64,000 nucleotides of DNA, from the NCBI GenBank assembly GCA_964016885.1, contig OZ024752.1:36580001-36644000 (forward strand), read 5' to 3'. Below, in pieces: positions 43,617-56,625 of the stretch. This DNA comes from Eledone cirrhosa (taxonomy: Eukaryota). A program made the position numbers and the translations under genes. Each line of letters begins with the position of its first letter. Position 1 is the first letter of the stretch. Under the pieces are notes generated by a model. That model did no database searches. It was not told the DNA's origin and saw only the letters and a program-made list of their open reading frames with translations.

Positions 43617-43661
43617 GAGAGTAAAACAAAGAAGCCTTCAATACATCAAAAGTCTTTATTA

Positions 43662-43699
43662 GCCGACAATGTTTCGTCCTATTAAGGTCTCATCAGGGC
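43662..43699 (-). ncRNA. Minimal type I hammerhead (family D) in element 43613-43790
   Basis: Minus strand: gcc CTGATGA gacct-taat-aggac GAAA c-att-GTC ggc taataaa. Confidence 0.85.
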
Positions 43700-43786
43700 A
43701 ATTAAAACAACAAGAAATGATATCGGCAGATACAAGCCGGAAGCTCCGTAGAATATGGAGTGTACATACACTAAAGTATTGCAAAA

Positions 43787-43843
<57 letters not shown>

Positions 43844-44090
43844 ATGTGTGTATATATATATGTATGTATGAATGTATGTATGTATATATATATATATATA
43901 GTAATAATAATAAATTTGAAGACTAAAATCCAAAGAGGGCTCGATAAGGATAAATATATATCAAATATATATGAACCGTAGAGCAAATATTTATTAAAAT
44001 AACAGATTAAAGTTTAAGCAAAGAATCGCTGCTTTCACCCAAAGAATTGAAAGCACCGATTCTTTGCTGAAACTTTAATCTGTTATTTTA

Positions 44091-44171
<81 letters not shown>

Positions 44172-44174
<3 letters not shown>

Positions 44175-44361
44175 CGAAGGAAATGTGGTAAGGAACCAGG
44201 TGGACCATAACGCACCAAAGTACTCAATACTTGAGGTAGTAGAGTGGGTAATAGGAACCAGTAAGACCCCGACAGCTGAGCTCAAGCCGTTTCGACGGCT
44301 AATTCAGTCCAGAATTAGCCGTCGAAACGGCTTGAGCTCAGCTGTCGGTGTCTTACTGGTT

Positions 44362-44366
<5 letters not shown>
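44172..44366 (-). mobile_element. Family B hairpin element
   Basis: Reverse-oriented copy of 37539-37730. Confidence 0.8.
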
Positions 44367-44451
<85 letters not shown>

Positions 44452-44777
44452 TTATATTTATCAGAAGGATATCTCATTAAAATTTAAAGAAAAAAAAAAC
44501 AAACGCTTTCCAATAGGAAATATCGAATCTACTTTAGTATCTGTTACCAAATGTCTGACAAACAATTATTGCCTTTTATAAATCAAATTTAAGCGAACGG
44601 CAAATTTGTTCTTGTCTTATAAAGTTGACTCATCCACTTGTAAAGAAAGGTGGTCAGTCCCGAAAACCTTTATGTAATATGCGACTTGTACATTGTTGCC
44701 TTAGTCAAGATGTCGTCGTTGAATTGTATTACTTGTACACAATTTATAGGGTAGGTGGAGTGCCATAGTGGTTAGAG

Positions 44778-45304
44778 CAGGGGCGTGTAACAGGTGGCCT
44801 GCGGGCAACAATCCGGCCCGCCAAACCAGTCAGAGTGGCCCGCGATGACCGTTTTTAATTTTTACCTTGTAGGCTTATTTAGAATTTTTTTTTTTTTTTT
44901 TCGTAACCGTAATACAATTTTCTGTTAGTTGACCTATAATAAAGGGCTTCACTGATAGGATTGTGTGTGTTAAAATTTCCCAGTTCCATGTTATGGAAAG
45001 AAGTTGTGGTGAATCTTTGGAATAATGCTTAATAAATATTAATTGTTTCTACTTTTGGCACAAGGCCAGCAATTACCCAGTGCATTACTGGTACTTTATT
45101 TTATCGACCCCGTAAGGATGAAAGGCAAAGTTAACCTCGGCGGGATTTGAACTCAGAATGGCAAGGGCCGTAACTCTATGCGTCGAAGCATGGCGTCCGA
45201 CCTTCTACCGATACTGCCAATCCACCGCCCTAAATATTAATGGCCCTAATAGTTCTTCCAATATTCAAAGGTGGCCTGCCAATGGAATTTATTGCTCACC
45301 CCTG
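44778..45304. mobile_element. hAT MITE with perfect 8-bp TSD
   Basis: ggttagag|cagggg...cccctg|ggttagag; ggcccgc subterminal motifs; contains SINE 45041-45230. Confidence 0.88.
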
Positions 45305-45694
45305 GGTTAGAGCGTCAGACTAAATACTTAGCAGAATTTCTTCCTGTCCTTTACGTTCTGAGTTCAAATTCTATACCTTAGAGACCTCTATAGAATGTAA
45401 ACCGGTTGGTAAATAAGTGTATTTCTATTATATTATTTTGTTTTATAATAAACCGCGGATGTATGTAAAATTATGTAAAAACATTGAGAAGAAAAGGAAC
45501 CAAACGTGTTTATCTTCATTTTTCTCTACTTCTGTTTATATTGGATATATATACATATATAATATATACATATATAATATATATATATATACACACACAC
45601 TGTAATAGTGTAGTATAAGGAATTATGTAAAAGCTTTTAGTGCATTTTCGACCCATTATATATATATGTATGTATTATATATATAATACATATA

Positions 45695-45739
<45 letters not shown>

Positions 45740-45749
45740 TATATATATA

Positions 45750-45799
<50 letters not shown>

Positions 45800-45862
45800 C
45801 TTCCATATACTGTACCGATTGTGTTGTTATTTCTGTTTACCTTTTACATACACACAAACACA

Positions 45863-45928
<66 letters not shown>

Positions 45929-45935
<7 letters not shown>

Positions 45936-46253
45936 ATACTTTTGGAGGGTCATGTTGCCAATAAGAAACACATGCACAAGTTGCTTTCACTTCAATTTAT
46001 TATAATAAATTTATAAATTTAGGAATTTATAAATTTCTGGTTGGTTGGTTGGTTCCACAACCAGATGGTTGTGGAACCAACCAACCAGAAATTTATACAT
46101 TCCTAAATTTATAAATTTATTATAATAAATTGAAGTGAAAGCAACTAGTGCATGTGTTTCTTATTGGCAACATGACCCTCCCAAAGTATAACAATATCGG
46201 TTTCAACACACGTTTTCAGATAAAGAATCTTGCTAAACAAATTAAGAAACGAA

Positions 46254-46254
<1 letters not shown>
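45929..46254. mobile_element. Family F fold-back (tail of the Penelope-like element at 52.8 kb)
   Basis: Palindrome centred at ~46065; arms match 52840-53012. Confidence 0.8.
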
Positions 46255-46339
<85 letters not shown>

Positions 46340-46443
46340 TTATGTGTGTGTATGTATATATGTATATGTATATATGAGTATGTATATATGTATATGTATA
46401 TATGTATAATGTAGGAGGTATATTCTGTATATATGTATATATG

Positions 46444-46476
<33 letters not shown>

Positions 46477-47513
46477 GAAACAGGCTGCATACTTCCTTCG
46501 AATCAGTAATAAAATGCTTTATTTAGTGAAACATGATCAACAGCATTATACTATCAATTTCTAAATGTTTTTGTTGATTGTTGAGAATCTTGACTAAAAT
46601 TAACATTATCGATCTTATCAGATATCTATGATTCATTTGAGAAAAGAAATTGTCATTTTCTTTGTGTAGTTCCAATAATGTCCTCCTGTTTTTCAGTAAT
46701 ATTGCGAGCGTGTATTTATATTCACTGTCAATGAGTGCGACCGTTCGTTCGTTCTGTTACACATTCCAGATTATTCTAGAGATATCTGTCTGAGGTATAT
46801 TTCTTTCGTTGCTTCAAGTAAAATTATTTGAAAATGAAGGCGAGGATTCACTTTCTTTCACCATTGGCATGGAAAGCAGATGTAAAATTATGATGATATT
46901 TGCCTACACATATTAACAATAGTTTTAACAAATTCTACTGTTTCATTATAATTCTTTTCAAACTTTGGATTCCCATAATCTTCTTTACTTCTGATACATT
47001 GTGGCATACTCCAAATATTGGAGTAAAGCCATGTGGAGAAAGAAGGGTTGGCGAGAAGAAGCTAAAACATTAAATAAACTAAGTAAAACAACGGTGTTTC
47101 ACTATAAAACCAGTTACATATGAAGGCGAGGATTCACTTTCTTTCACTATTGGCTAGTTTAGCAAACCAGCTTTTATGTCTTAAACTGCTGAGAGCTTTA
47201 TTTTATTTATTTGTACCGGAACTAATTTTTCTGGCTCATTATACTTGCTTTTTTTTTTTTTTGGTTCTCTTTAGGGTGGGCTTGGTGGGTTGGTTGGGGT
47301 TGGTGGGTTGGCTGGGGTTGTAATGAACTATACGATGAATGGTGGTTAATTAAACATCGTGTTTCCTTTCTTTAAGCTATTTTGTAACTTGTTCAGAGCT
47401 GAAAGAAATCGCCACGTCTTTCTTCCAAAATGACAAGATTTTGGTTATTCTTTTTAGTCAGTGACATTAAAAAGAAAATGGAGAAGGTCCATTGCCTAAT
47501 TACAGGGAAAAGC

Positions 47514-47561
<48 letters not shown>

Positions 47562-47703
47562 TGTTTCTACTTTTTGGCACAAGACCACCAATTATCCCAG
47601 TGCATTACTGGTACTTTATTTTATCGATCCCGTAAGGATGAAAGACAAAGTTAACCTCGGCAGGATGATAATAATAATAATTATTATTATGTATTAGAAA
47701 TGG

Positions 47704-47763
<60 letters not shown>

Positions 47764-47767
<4 letters not shown>

Positions 47768-48160
47768 AGTCGTTTGGAAGCCTCGACAATGCAAATGGGT
47801 AAATCTCCGGGTAACAAGATCCGGTGGTGGAGAGAGAGATGTAAGTGGGTGTACGTTGAGATGCGTGGTGTGTAAAGATGTGTAAATGTGTAGAAGAAAG
47901 AAGGGAGATTTACCCATTTGCATTGTCGAGGCTTCCAAACGACTTAAAGATATTTATTTATTATTCCACAATGCTTCAAGCAAACTTCAATACTCTCTTA
48001 TATCTAATAACTTAATTTAGTTATTATTGCACCGACGTGAGGTATATGATTTTTAATGCAATGAAATATCTATGATCGTCGGCAAATCACTGATGAGGGA
48101 CTCATTTTATTATATGTTATCCATGTGCAACCTACAGTATTCTTCTCCCCATTTTTTCAC
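47764..48160 (+). mobile_element. TA-flanked element with 5' inversion carrying the permuted hammerhead
   Basis: Inverted repeat 47763-47808 / 47904-47948; tail atgt.a.ccatgtgcaacc shared with 52333-52436. Confidence 0.75.
48005..48101 (+). ncRNA. Non-circularly permuted hammerhead candidate, copy 3
   Basis: taataact/agttatta, ttgca ccgacg tg aggtATA tgattt ttaa tgcaa t GAAA tatct atgat cgtcgg c aaatca CTGATGA gggac. Confidence 0.8.
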
Positions 48161-48164
48161 ATAC

Positions 48165-48198
<34 letters not shown>

Positions 48199-48247
48199 GT
48201 ATATATATATATGTATATATATATGTATATATTTATGTATATATTTA

Positions 48248-48280
<33 letters not shown>

Positions 48281-48293
48281 TTATATATGGATA

Positions 48294-48326
<33 letters not shown>

Positions 48327-48344
48327 TTATATTTTTTTTTATAA

Positions 48345-48555
48345 GTCGATCGACTTTCGTCATATCGGACCGAGGAAACAATGTTTCCGTTGGTCTTTCC
48401 AATTGCTAATACTCTCTATCGGTCGCAACTCCAGGTAGAAGGAGTAACGTGAAATAAAGTGCCTTGCTCAAGGACATAACGCATCGCCTGGTCCGAGAAT
48501 CGAACTCTCAACCTCACGATTGCGAATCCAATTCTCTAACCACACAGCCACGCGC

Positions 48556-48557
<2 letters not shown>
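48345..48557 (-). mobile_element. SINE family 2
   Basis: Reverse complement of 33568-33782. Confidence 0.85.
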
Positions 48558-48601
<44 letters not shown>

Positions 48602-48717
48602 TTAAGTTGAAAAAAATGAAAACGAAATTTCATTTCTCACTCTTAGTATGGCACTTACTTAAATGTAAGTATGTATGTATACGTACATACATATATGTAT
48701 ACAGACGTACAGTAGCA

Positions 48718-48815
<98 letters not shown>

Positions 48816-49432
48816 CATACACATACATACACACATATATATATATTTATATATATATATACATATATATATATATTTATATATGGATATATATATATAT
48901 ATATATACATGTATATATATATGTATATATATAAAAATGAGGTAAATATCTCACTGAGTACTAAGTACCCATAGAGATATATAGGGTGCCTATATATCTC
49001 TATGGGTACTTAGTACTCAGTGAGATATTTACCTCATTTTTATATATTCTCCAATCTATGTAGAGAAAAAATTCGTTGTTGCTTACTGCTATTTTTTTTA
49101 GCAGCCAAGCCATCAACAAGTCTGTAATATTCCCGCTTGCACTAGCGGCCGGGTCACGCGTGGGTCACTTTAACGGCCACAACTCATACGAGCTGGTAGT
49201 TGGCATTATATTTGCGGACCGTGGGACGTATGTCCTATAGAAAGGAAATAGCTATCTGATGAAATCTACTTTCCGTTGGAAATTCTCTGAATTTCCAATC
49301 TTTTGTAAATGGAAACCGCCGGTAATAGCATTAGGAACAGGCAGATATTTGAATAATTTTTAAATTTATTTAAAGGATTGTTTAATGTTTGTTTGTTCTG
49401 CTCATCAATTTTTATGTATATATATATGTATG

Positions 49433-49491
<59 letters not shown>

Positions 49492-49593
49492 CCCACTTTA
49501 CTACCCTAAGTATTGAGTACTCTGGTGCGTTATGGTCCATCTGGTTCCTTACCACATTTCCTTTGTTATATATTTATATATATATTATATATA

Positions 49594-49669
<76 letters not shown>

Positions 49670-49845
49670 TGTGTGTGTGTGTGTGTGCGTGTATATATAT
49701 ATATATAATAAATGTAATCTGAGTTTTTCGAATATTAATAATAGCATTCGATTCGTTTGCAATTATGCAAACAAACCTCAATTTTATAGCCATGTCAGTA
49801 GGATTAACACTTCATTCTTGGTCTTGTGTTGGCATGCGAACAGAA

Positions 49846-49889
49846 CTGCAGACACTAATGTTTCTGGGTATCACCCTTCATCAGTGCAG
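49846..49889 (-). ncRNA. Type I hammerhead in TA-flanked element 49705-49985
   Basis: Minus strand: ctgca CTGATGA a-gggt-gat-accc-a GAAA ca-ttag-tG TC tgcag. Confidence 0.85.
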
Positions 49890-49992
49890 CTCACTGTTCA
49901 CCTGCCAAACTGTCAGAGCTAGTGAAAATATATGTATTCATATATTTATTGTATTCAGCCATGTAGAGCGAAATTTTCTTTTATATATATAT

Positions 49993-50032
<40 letters not shown>

Positions 50033-50039
50033 CCCCCCC

Positions 50040-50106
<67 letters not shown>

Positions 50107-50187
50107 TCTGGGATCTTGTCGATCGACTGCCGATATTTATATATACTCGTATCATTGTGACTTAGTCTCAGGCGCTTATACGCGTTT

Positions 50188-50269
<82 letters not shown>

Positions 50270-50929
50270 ATTGCTTGATCCTTCTTTCCTTTTCCTTTTC
50301 GTTTTTTTTTTGTCTTTCTTTCTGTTCCCTTTAGCAGTGGCTTTTGTTTTTCTTAGATCCTGCTCAATATCTACCTGTGCTATACATTGAACATTGTTCG
50401 ACATTCTTTTTTACCTGTCCTCGGTTTAAATATAATCATGATTAGTTAGTTATGGTTATCGTGTTGGCCCATATAAAAGTTTGTTAGTTCTAACATCACT
50501 AGTTTAAATTCATTAGCAGAGAGTTTTCAGATAGATCATGTTTCGTCTCGTTTTGATACGAGTAGTAAATAGGTAAGTATAAAGACAGGTATGCAGAGAG
50601 AGAGAGAGAGATAGAGAGGGGGAGAGGGTGGAGGAGGGACTATTGAAGAAAGCGATATAAAAGTTTATATTTACTCATGTCCTAAATTAGTTATTATTGT
50701 CAAATATTCATTGCGCAGGTTAAATCTGATTGCACTAGAGCTGAAATATGGCTCAAGATTCTTTGTTTGCTGCATGCCTTTCAATGTAACTTTAAAGTTA
50801 AAGTTTTTTTTCAAGCAAAACCACACACACATCTATGTGTATGTGTGTGTTCCACGGGTTCAATCGGAAGTAACCACAGTAAGGAAGGTACTCAATACCT
50901 AGGTCCTGTAGAAGCCATTTCTATATTAC

Positions 50930-51015
<86 letters not shown>

Positions 51016-51085
51016 GAATAATCGAGTATCGAAAAATCGGCGCACGAGTTCACGATAAACAAAATTCGATATGAGCGGCAGAGGG

Positions 51086-51158
<73 letters not shown>

Positions 51159-51199
51159 ACATTTATATTGATATATAAATGTAATATAGAAATGGCTTC

Positions 51200-51234
<35 letters not shown>

Positions 51235-51242
51235 ATATATAT

Positions 51243-51279
<37 letters not shown>

Positions 51280-51313
51280 GTAATATAGAAATGCCTTCTA
51301 TATATATATATAT

Positions 51314-51367
<54 letters not shown>

Positions 51368-51371
<4 letters not shown>

Positions 51372-51540
51372 AGCTTCTACAGGACTAGAACTGTTTCATT
51401 CGTGAGAAAAATGAAGATTTCCCACGAATGAAACAGTTCTAGTCGTGCAGAAACTTTTTCTATATTAAATATTTATACTCTGCTCTGTATTGAGTACCTT
51501 ACTTACTGTGGTTACCCCCCGATTGAACCCGGGATAAACT
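51368..51540 (+). mobile_element. Family A copy with 5' inversion
   Basis: (c)TGAAGA tttc-ccac-gaat GAAA cagttctagtc; family A tail. Confidence 0.7.
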
Positions 51541-51797
51541 TATATATATATAAGTGTTTGTGTAGCCTCTGCGCACCCTCTGCACCATACTATCGACGCC
51601 ACCCCATCTATGGTTCAGCTAACCACCCGACTCCCGGGAAGGAATATGACCGCAGCTAGTAAACAAGGACCCACACCCCACCCTCCCGCACCAAAATTAG
51701 ACTTATCGTCCCCTACTTTTGCTCTTTACTCTCTTTACTCTTTGTTCTTGAATGTTTGGTTGGTAGAGTCCATAACACCAATCAAACCCCTTTTATA

Positions 51798-51842
51798 GCT
51801 CTGACGAATCCTACGGTTACGTAAGGAAGAAACATTGTAAGC
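51798..51842 (+). ncRNA. Minimal type I hammerhead in element 51552-51888
   Basis: gct CTGACGA atcct-acggttacgta-aggaa GAAA c-att-GTA agc c aataaa. Confidence 0.82.
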
Positions 51843-51883
51843 CAATAAAAATCTTTTGATGTTGTAGACGCTCTTGTGTTCTT

Positions 51884-51983
<100 letters not shown>

Positions 51984-52098
51984 GGGTGTGTAACGCGGAG
52001 TTACTGTAGGTTCACCCGGGTGAGCACTCGGTGTTTAGGTTCACTTCAGTATCGAGGTGTAGAGCTAGACAGAGTGTAATATATATATATAAATGTAT

Positions 52099-52277
<179 letters not shown>

Positions 52278-52332
52278 AGTTACATATATATATATGTCCT
52301 AGTTACACCCCCAGGATATATATATATATATA

Positions 52333-52433
52333 TAAAGCGATGAAATAACAATGAAGATTGGAAAATCACTGATGAAGGACTATTTTTATCATATGTAACC
52401 CATGTGCAACCACGCAGTATTCATTCTTCTCAT

Positions 52434-52436
<3 letters not shown>
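52333..52436 (+). ncRNA. 5'-truncated copy 4 of the permuted hammerhead family
   Basis: taaa gcga t GAAA ta...aaatca CTGATGA aggac; upstream strands replaced by (TA)n. Confidence 0.65.
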
Positions 52437-52507
<71 letters not shown>

Positions 52508-52800
52508 GTGAGGGTTTTTTTACAAAATGAAAAAAAAACGAGGTGTCCTACACGAGTGAAAGTATAAGGAAAAAAGATGAAATCGAAAATGCATCTGGAG
52601 TCTTTTTTTTTTTAAATATTCCTTTACAGAATTAGCAGTTCTTGTGCTTTTCAAAAGTAGAATTGAGATGGAGGGTTTGTAGTTTTTCATATATATATAT
52701 ATATATATATATAGGAACGAGTAGTACCCACTCTACTACCTTAAGTATTGAGTACTTTGGTGTGTTATGGTCCACCTGGTTCCTTACCACATTTCCTTCG

Positions 52801-52839
<39 letters not shown>

Positions 52840-52841
<2 letters not shown>

Positions 52842-53785
52842 TTCTTTATCTGAAAACGTGTGTTGAAACCGATATTGTTATACTTTGGGAGGGTCATGTT
52901 GCCAATAAGAAACACACGCACCAGTTGCTTTCACTTCAATTTATTATAATCAATTTATAAATTTAGGAATTTATAAATTTCCGGTTGGTTGGTTGGTTCC
53001 ACGACCAGATGGTTGTTTATATATTGTCAAAATTCTTTCGTTACACATTCTGTGACCTCTTCAGTGACTGGGGGTTCTTTTCTTTGTTTTTTGTGCCTCT
53101 CCTTTGTTCTGTCCGACGCCATCTTGTTTTTGTGTGTGTGTTGTGTGCTTAGTTTGCGCATGTGTTACATCCGGGTGTCTGTGTGTGTTTATATTCGTTT
53201 ATTTATTTGTTTATTTACATGTTACTGGTTGGTTGTTTGTTCTATGTGCGTGTGTGTTTTCATTTTGTCCTTAATTGTAAGTTGTGATGTTGCTGTTCCA
53301 CTCATGTTTTCTATTTAATTTTGGTTGTAATTCATTTATGTTTATTGCCTCTGTGATTTGTCTAAACATTGCGTCTTTTCTGTGTAGATTCTATTTTTAT
53401 TTCTATGTTCTCTAATTTACCCTTATGTTCTATTTTAGCATGTTGGTAGAGTACAGATGATTCTTTACTATCTTGAAAGTCTCGGCAGTGTTCATTTATC
53501 CGTTCCCCTATACTACGAGCTGTCTCACCTATGTACACTATATTTTTATCTCTACATTGTCCTTCAGTACATCTTATGCTATATACTACATTTCTAGTTT
53601 TACAGTTAATATGGGGGCTTAATTTACAGATTATACATTTCTCATCTATACAGGGAGGTCTTTGAAAAGGGTATGTCTTGCTAATAAGTGTTTTTATGGA
53701 GGTACCTGGTCTTTCTACTATCTTAATATTGAGTTTATGTTTATCTAGGGCCCTTCTCAATTTGTAAGCTAATTCACCTCTAGGA
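52840..53785 (-). mobile_element. Penelope-like element 3' portion (GIY-YIG endonuclease, hammerhead, tail)
   Basis: GIY-YIG frame, then degenerate hammerhead 53026-53068 (gtca CTGAAGA g-gtcaca-gaatg-tgtaac GAAA...tgac), ending in (TA)n. Confidence 0.88.
53362..53785 (-). pseudogene. Penelope-type GIY-YIG endonuclease domain (partial)
   Basis: C-x4-C-x2-C linker then CKTRNVVYSIRC..C....YIGETARSIGERINEH...LYQH; C-terminus appears frameshifted. Confidence 0.88.
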
Positions 53786-55264
53786 ATGGAGTTTGGCCAA
53801 GATAAATGCTCATACATGACTGTAAAGCGGAGAAAAACAACAACCCAATCTAGCAACATTGTCATCAATGGTCTAACTGTTTCACCGATATCTGATGAGG
53901 ACTGCTACAGATACCTGGGGATAGATGAGAACATATCCTATAATGGTATCTGTAATAAAGAACGCGTAACCAGGGAATACTACACCCGATTAAGAAAGAT
54001 CTGGTCATCGGAACTCTCTGCGAAAAACAAAACAGTGTCTCACAATGTGTTTGCTGTGCCTGTCCTAACACCAACGTTTGGAATACTCAATTGGACGATA
54101 GACGAAATCCGAGCAGTTGATGTTGGAACTCGAAAAATACTGAACAACACCGGAAACTTCCACATCAACAGTGACATAGACCGCCTTTACTTGAAACGTA
54201 AGCAGGGAGGCAGAGGCCTAACATCAGTTCAGACAACATTTGAATGTCGCATCATATCTCTCCGACAACATCTACGAACCTCGAAGCGTAGGAGCCCGCT
54301 TCTTGAGCAAGTCTATCTGCATGAAACAGATAACATCATGAGAGTTGGGAAGGAACTCCTTGAGAGATATTCCCTGTGTGATAATCAAAAACTCACACCC
54401 AGGGATGTCGCTCAGCAGTATCGCAGTGAATCCATGGATGAAAAACTGCATGCCTATCAGCAAAAAATCATGCATGGATATGTTGCCAGGAAGCTCCAGA
54501 ATGAGAGTAATATAGATAAGGAAAGTAGTCTATCTTGGACCAACAACCGCTATATTGGCTCCCACTTTGAAGGATACGCTTTTGCAATCCAAGAACAGGA
54601 GATTAGCACGAAATACCTGATTCACAAAAGAGATAGGGATGCAGGCAAAACACCTAGATGTGATAACAAGTGCAGACTCTGCAGAACTAACATCGAGGAT
54701 ATCACCCATGTCATCAGCAGCTGCCCAAAGATGTCATCGCGGTACTATCTACCTATGAGGCATGATGTATTGGCCAAAACACTGTACAATGCAGTTCGTA
54801 AAAAAGATAGCCCCGATAATAAACACATTAAAAGCTACAACAATGTGGAAGACATCCATGTACATAATATGAAAGAGTACTGGTGGAATGTTCCAGTAAA
54901 AACCCCAATAAAATGCAGGCATAACAGACGAGATATTATGATATGGGACAGGGAGAAGAAAACATGCACAGTAGTGGAAATTAGCTGCCCAGCAGATGCC
55001 AATATAATATCAAAGATTAGTGAAAAGGAGAATATTTATGCAGAACTGATGAGAAATCTGCAGATACTCCACCCTGATTACACCTTCAGATTTATGCCTG
55101 TGATTATTGGGGCACTGGGATATGTTAGTAACTGCCTCAATACAAATCTTGAGAAGCTAGGCTTCACAGGAACAGAAAGGACACAATTAGTTTGGAAACT
55201 ACAAGTACAATCCATTAATGGAACAGTAAAAATATGTAAAACATTCCAAACATTTTGCATCTAA
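53786..55264 (+). CDS. R4/Dong-like RLE retrotransposon ORF, 5'-truncated (RT C-terminus, zinc knuckle, RLE)
   Basis: GMEFGQDKC, YRYLGI, RLYLKRKQGGRGL, AIQEQ, CRLC..EDITHVISSC, RHD, RRD..VEISCP..K..Y, PVIIGALG. Confidence 0.9.
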   Translation: MEFGQDKCSYMTVKRRKTTTQSSNIVINGLTVSPISDEDCYRYLGIDENISYNGICNKERVTREYYTRLRKIWSSELSAKNKTVSHNVFAVPVLTPTFGILNWTIDEIRAVDVGTRKILNNTGNFHINSDIDRLYLKRKQGGRGLTSVQTTFECRIISLRQHLRTSKRRSPLLEQVYLHETDNIMRVGKELLERYSLCDNQKLTPRDVAQQYRSESMDEKLHAYQQKIMHGYVARKLQNESNIDKESSLSWTNNRYIGSHFEGYAFAIQEQEISTKYLIHKRDRDAGKTPRCDNKCRLCRTNIEDITHVISSCPKMSSRYYLPMRHDVLAKTLYNAVRKKDSPDNKHIKSYNNVEDIHVHNMKEYWWNVPVKTPIKCRHNRRDIMIWDREKKTCTVVEISCPADANIISKISEKENIYAELMRNLQILHPDYTFRFMPVIIGALGYVSNCLNTNLEKLGFTGTERTQLVWKLQVQSINGTVKICKTFQTFCI

Positions 55265-55719
55265 TAACTGCATATACACATGTACAGATACAAAGCATAT
55301 ACACATGCACACATACAACTCAAAATATACACATCCACACATACAAACATACATACACATCTACATACATACATACATACATGGTGGAGGCTGCCAACTC
55401 GTTTACGAGTACGGCCACTACTTTATATCCATGTAGGAGAACTCCTACCGATGCGCTGAACGAGTGTGACTTTTTAGTCCAGCCAGCGACTTGAAAACTC
55501 TGGTACAAACACTACACTTGTGACAATTATTGACACATAGTGCTGGCCCATGGTACCATGTGACGACAAGTGCAGAGAGATCTCAAGATATAAAGCAATG
55601 CCTGTGCTGTGAAGCTTTTATAGTAAGCAAAGGCACTGCACAAAGCCAGTCCCACTCTCTTAACCCAGATGATATTTACCAAAAAGAAGAACAAGTCAAC
55701 ATCATTGGATACCATCAGA

Positions 55720-55990
55720 GTTGCAGGTGTTATATCAGAGTTTTCCTTCTCCTAGAATTCTGCCTTGACAAAGGCTAAGGGGTCATCTCTCTCGGTGATT
55801 TTGGATGGCCATTGACTCTTAAGAGCTCCTTTGCCCTTTAACAGGTTTTGTTTTTAGTCCTGCAGGATGTCCAAAGTCACCCTCCTCACCAAGAAACCTT
55901 GGTGGGGTTGCCAGTTTAGTCGCCAACGACCCGACCATGAGACAGGTTGTACTGGGAAACGTGTTACCAATAGCACCAACTGGTGACCTG
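55720..55990 (-). mobile_element. RTE-like 5' UTR fragment
   Basis: Minus strand contains tctaggagaaggaaaactctga, a motif I associate with RTE 5' UTRs; abuts (ATGT)n. Confidence 0.5.
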
Positions 55991-56197
55991 ACATACATAC
56001 ATACATACATACATACTTACATACAAGTATAAATACAAACATACATACACACCTACATACATACATACTTACATACATACATACAAGTATAAATACAAAC
56101 ATACATACACACCTACATACATACATACTTACATACATACATACAAGTATAAATACAAACATACATACACACCTACATACATACATACATACATACA

Positions 56198-56231
<34 letters not shown>

Positions 56232-56295
56232 CATACATACATACATACATACATACATACATACTTACATACATACTTACATACATACATACATA
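55991..56295. repeat. (ACAT)n microsatellite with a 60-bp higher-order repeat
   Basis: acaagtataaatacaaac recurs every 60 bp three times. Confidence 0.9.
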
Positions 56296-56444
56296 GCGAT
56301 ATATGTTCGATAATTATTAAAGAAAAATATGAAAGGAAATTATTCTGATTGATTTAAATGAATGTCAAACGAAATTATTGAATTAAATTGCTAATCGAAC
56401 TCCTTAATCACAGCCATGTCTGCGTCATTGATGACAGTAGTAAT

Positions 56445-56625
56445 AATTGTTTCTACTTTTGGCACAAGGCCAGCAATTACCCAGTACATTACTGGTACTT
56501 TATTTTATCGACCCCGTAAGGATGAAAGGCAAAGTTAACCTCGGTGGGATTTGAACTCAGAATGACAAGGGCCGTAACTCCATGCATCAAATCATGGCAT
56601 CCGACTCTCTACCGATACTGCCAAA
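56445..56625 (-). mobile_element. SINE family 1
   Basis: Family consensus match. Confidence 0.85.

Noticed and set aside
53786-53868. N-terminus of ORF 53362-53868
   Set aside because: Antisense read-through of the adjacent RLE element; not part of the GIY-YIG protein.
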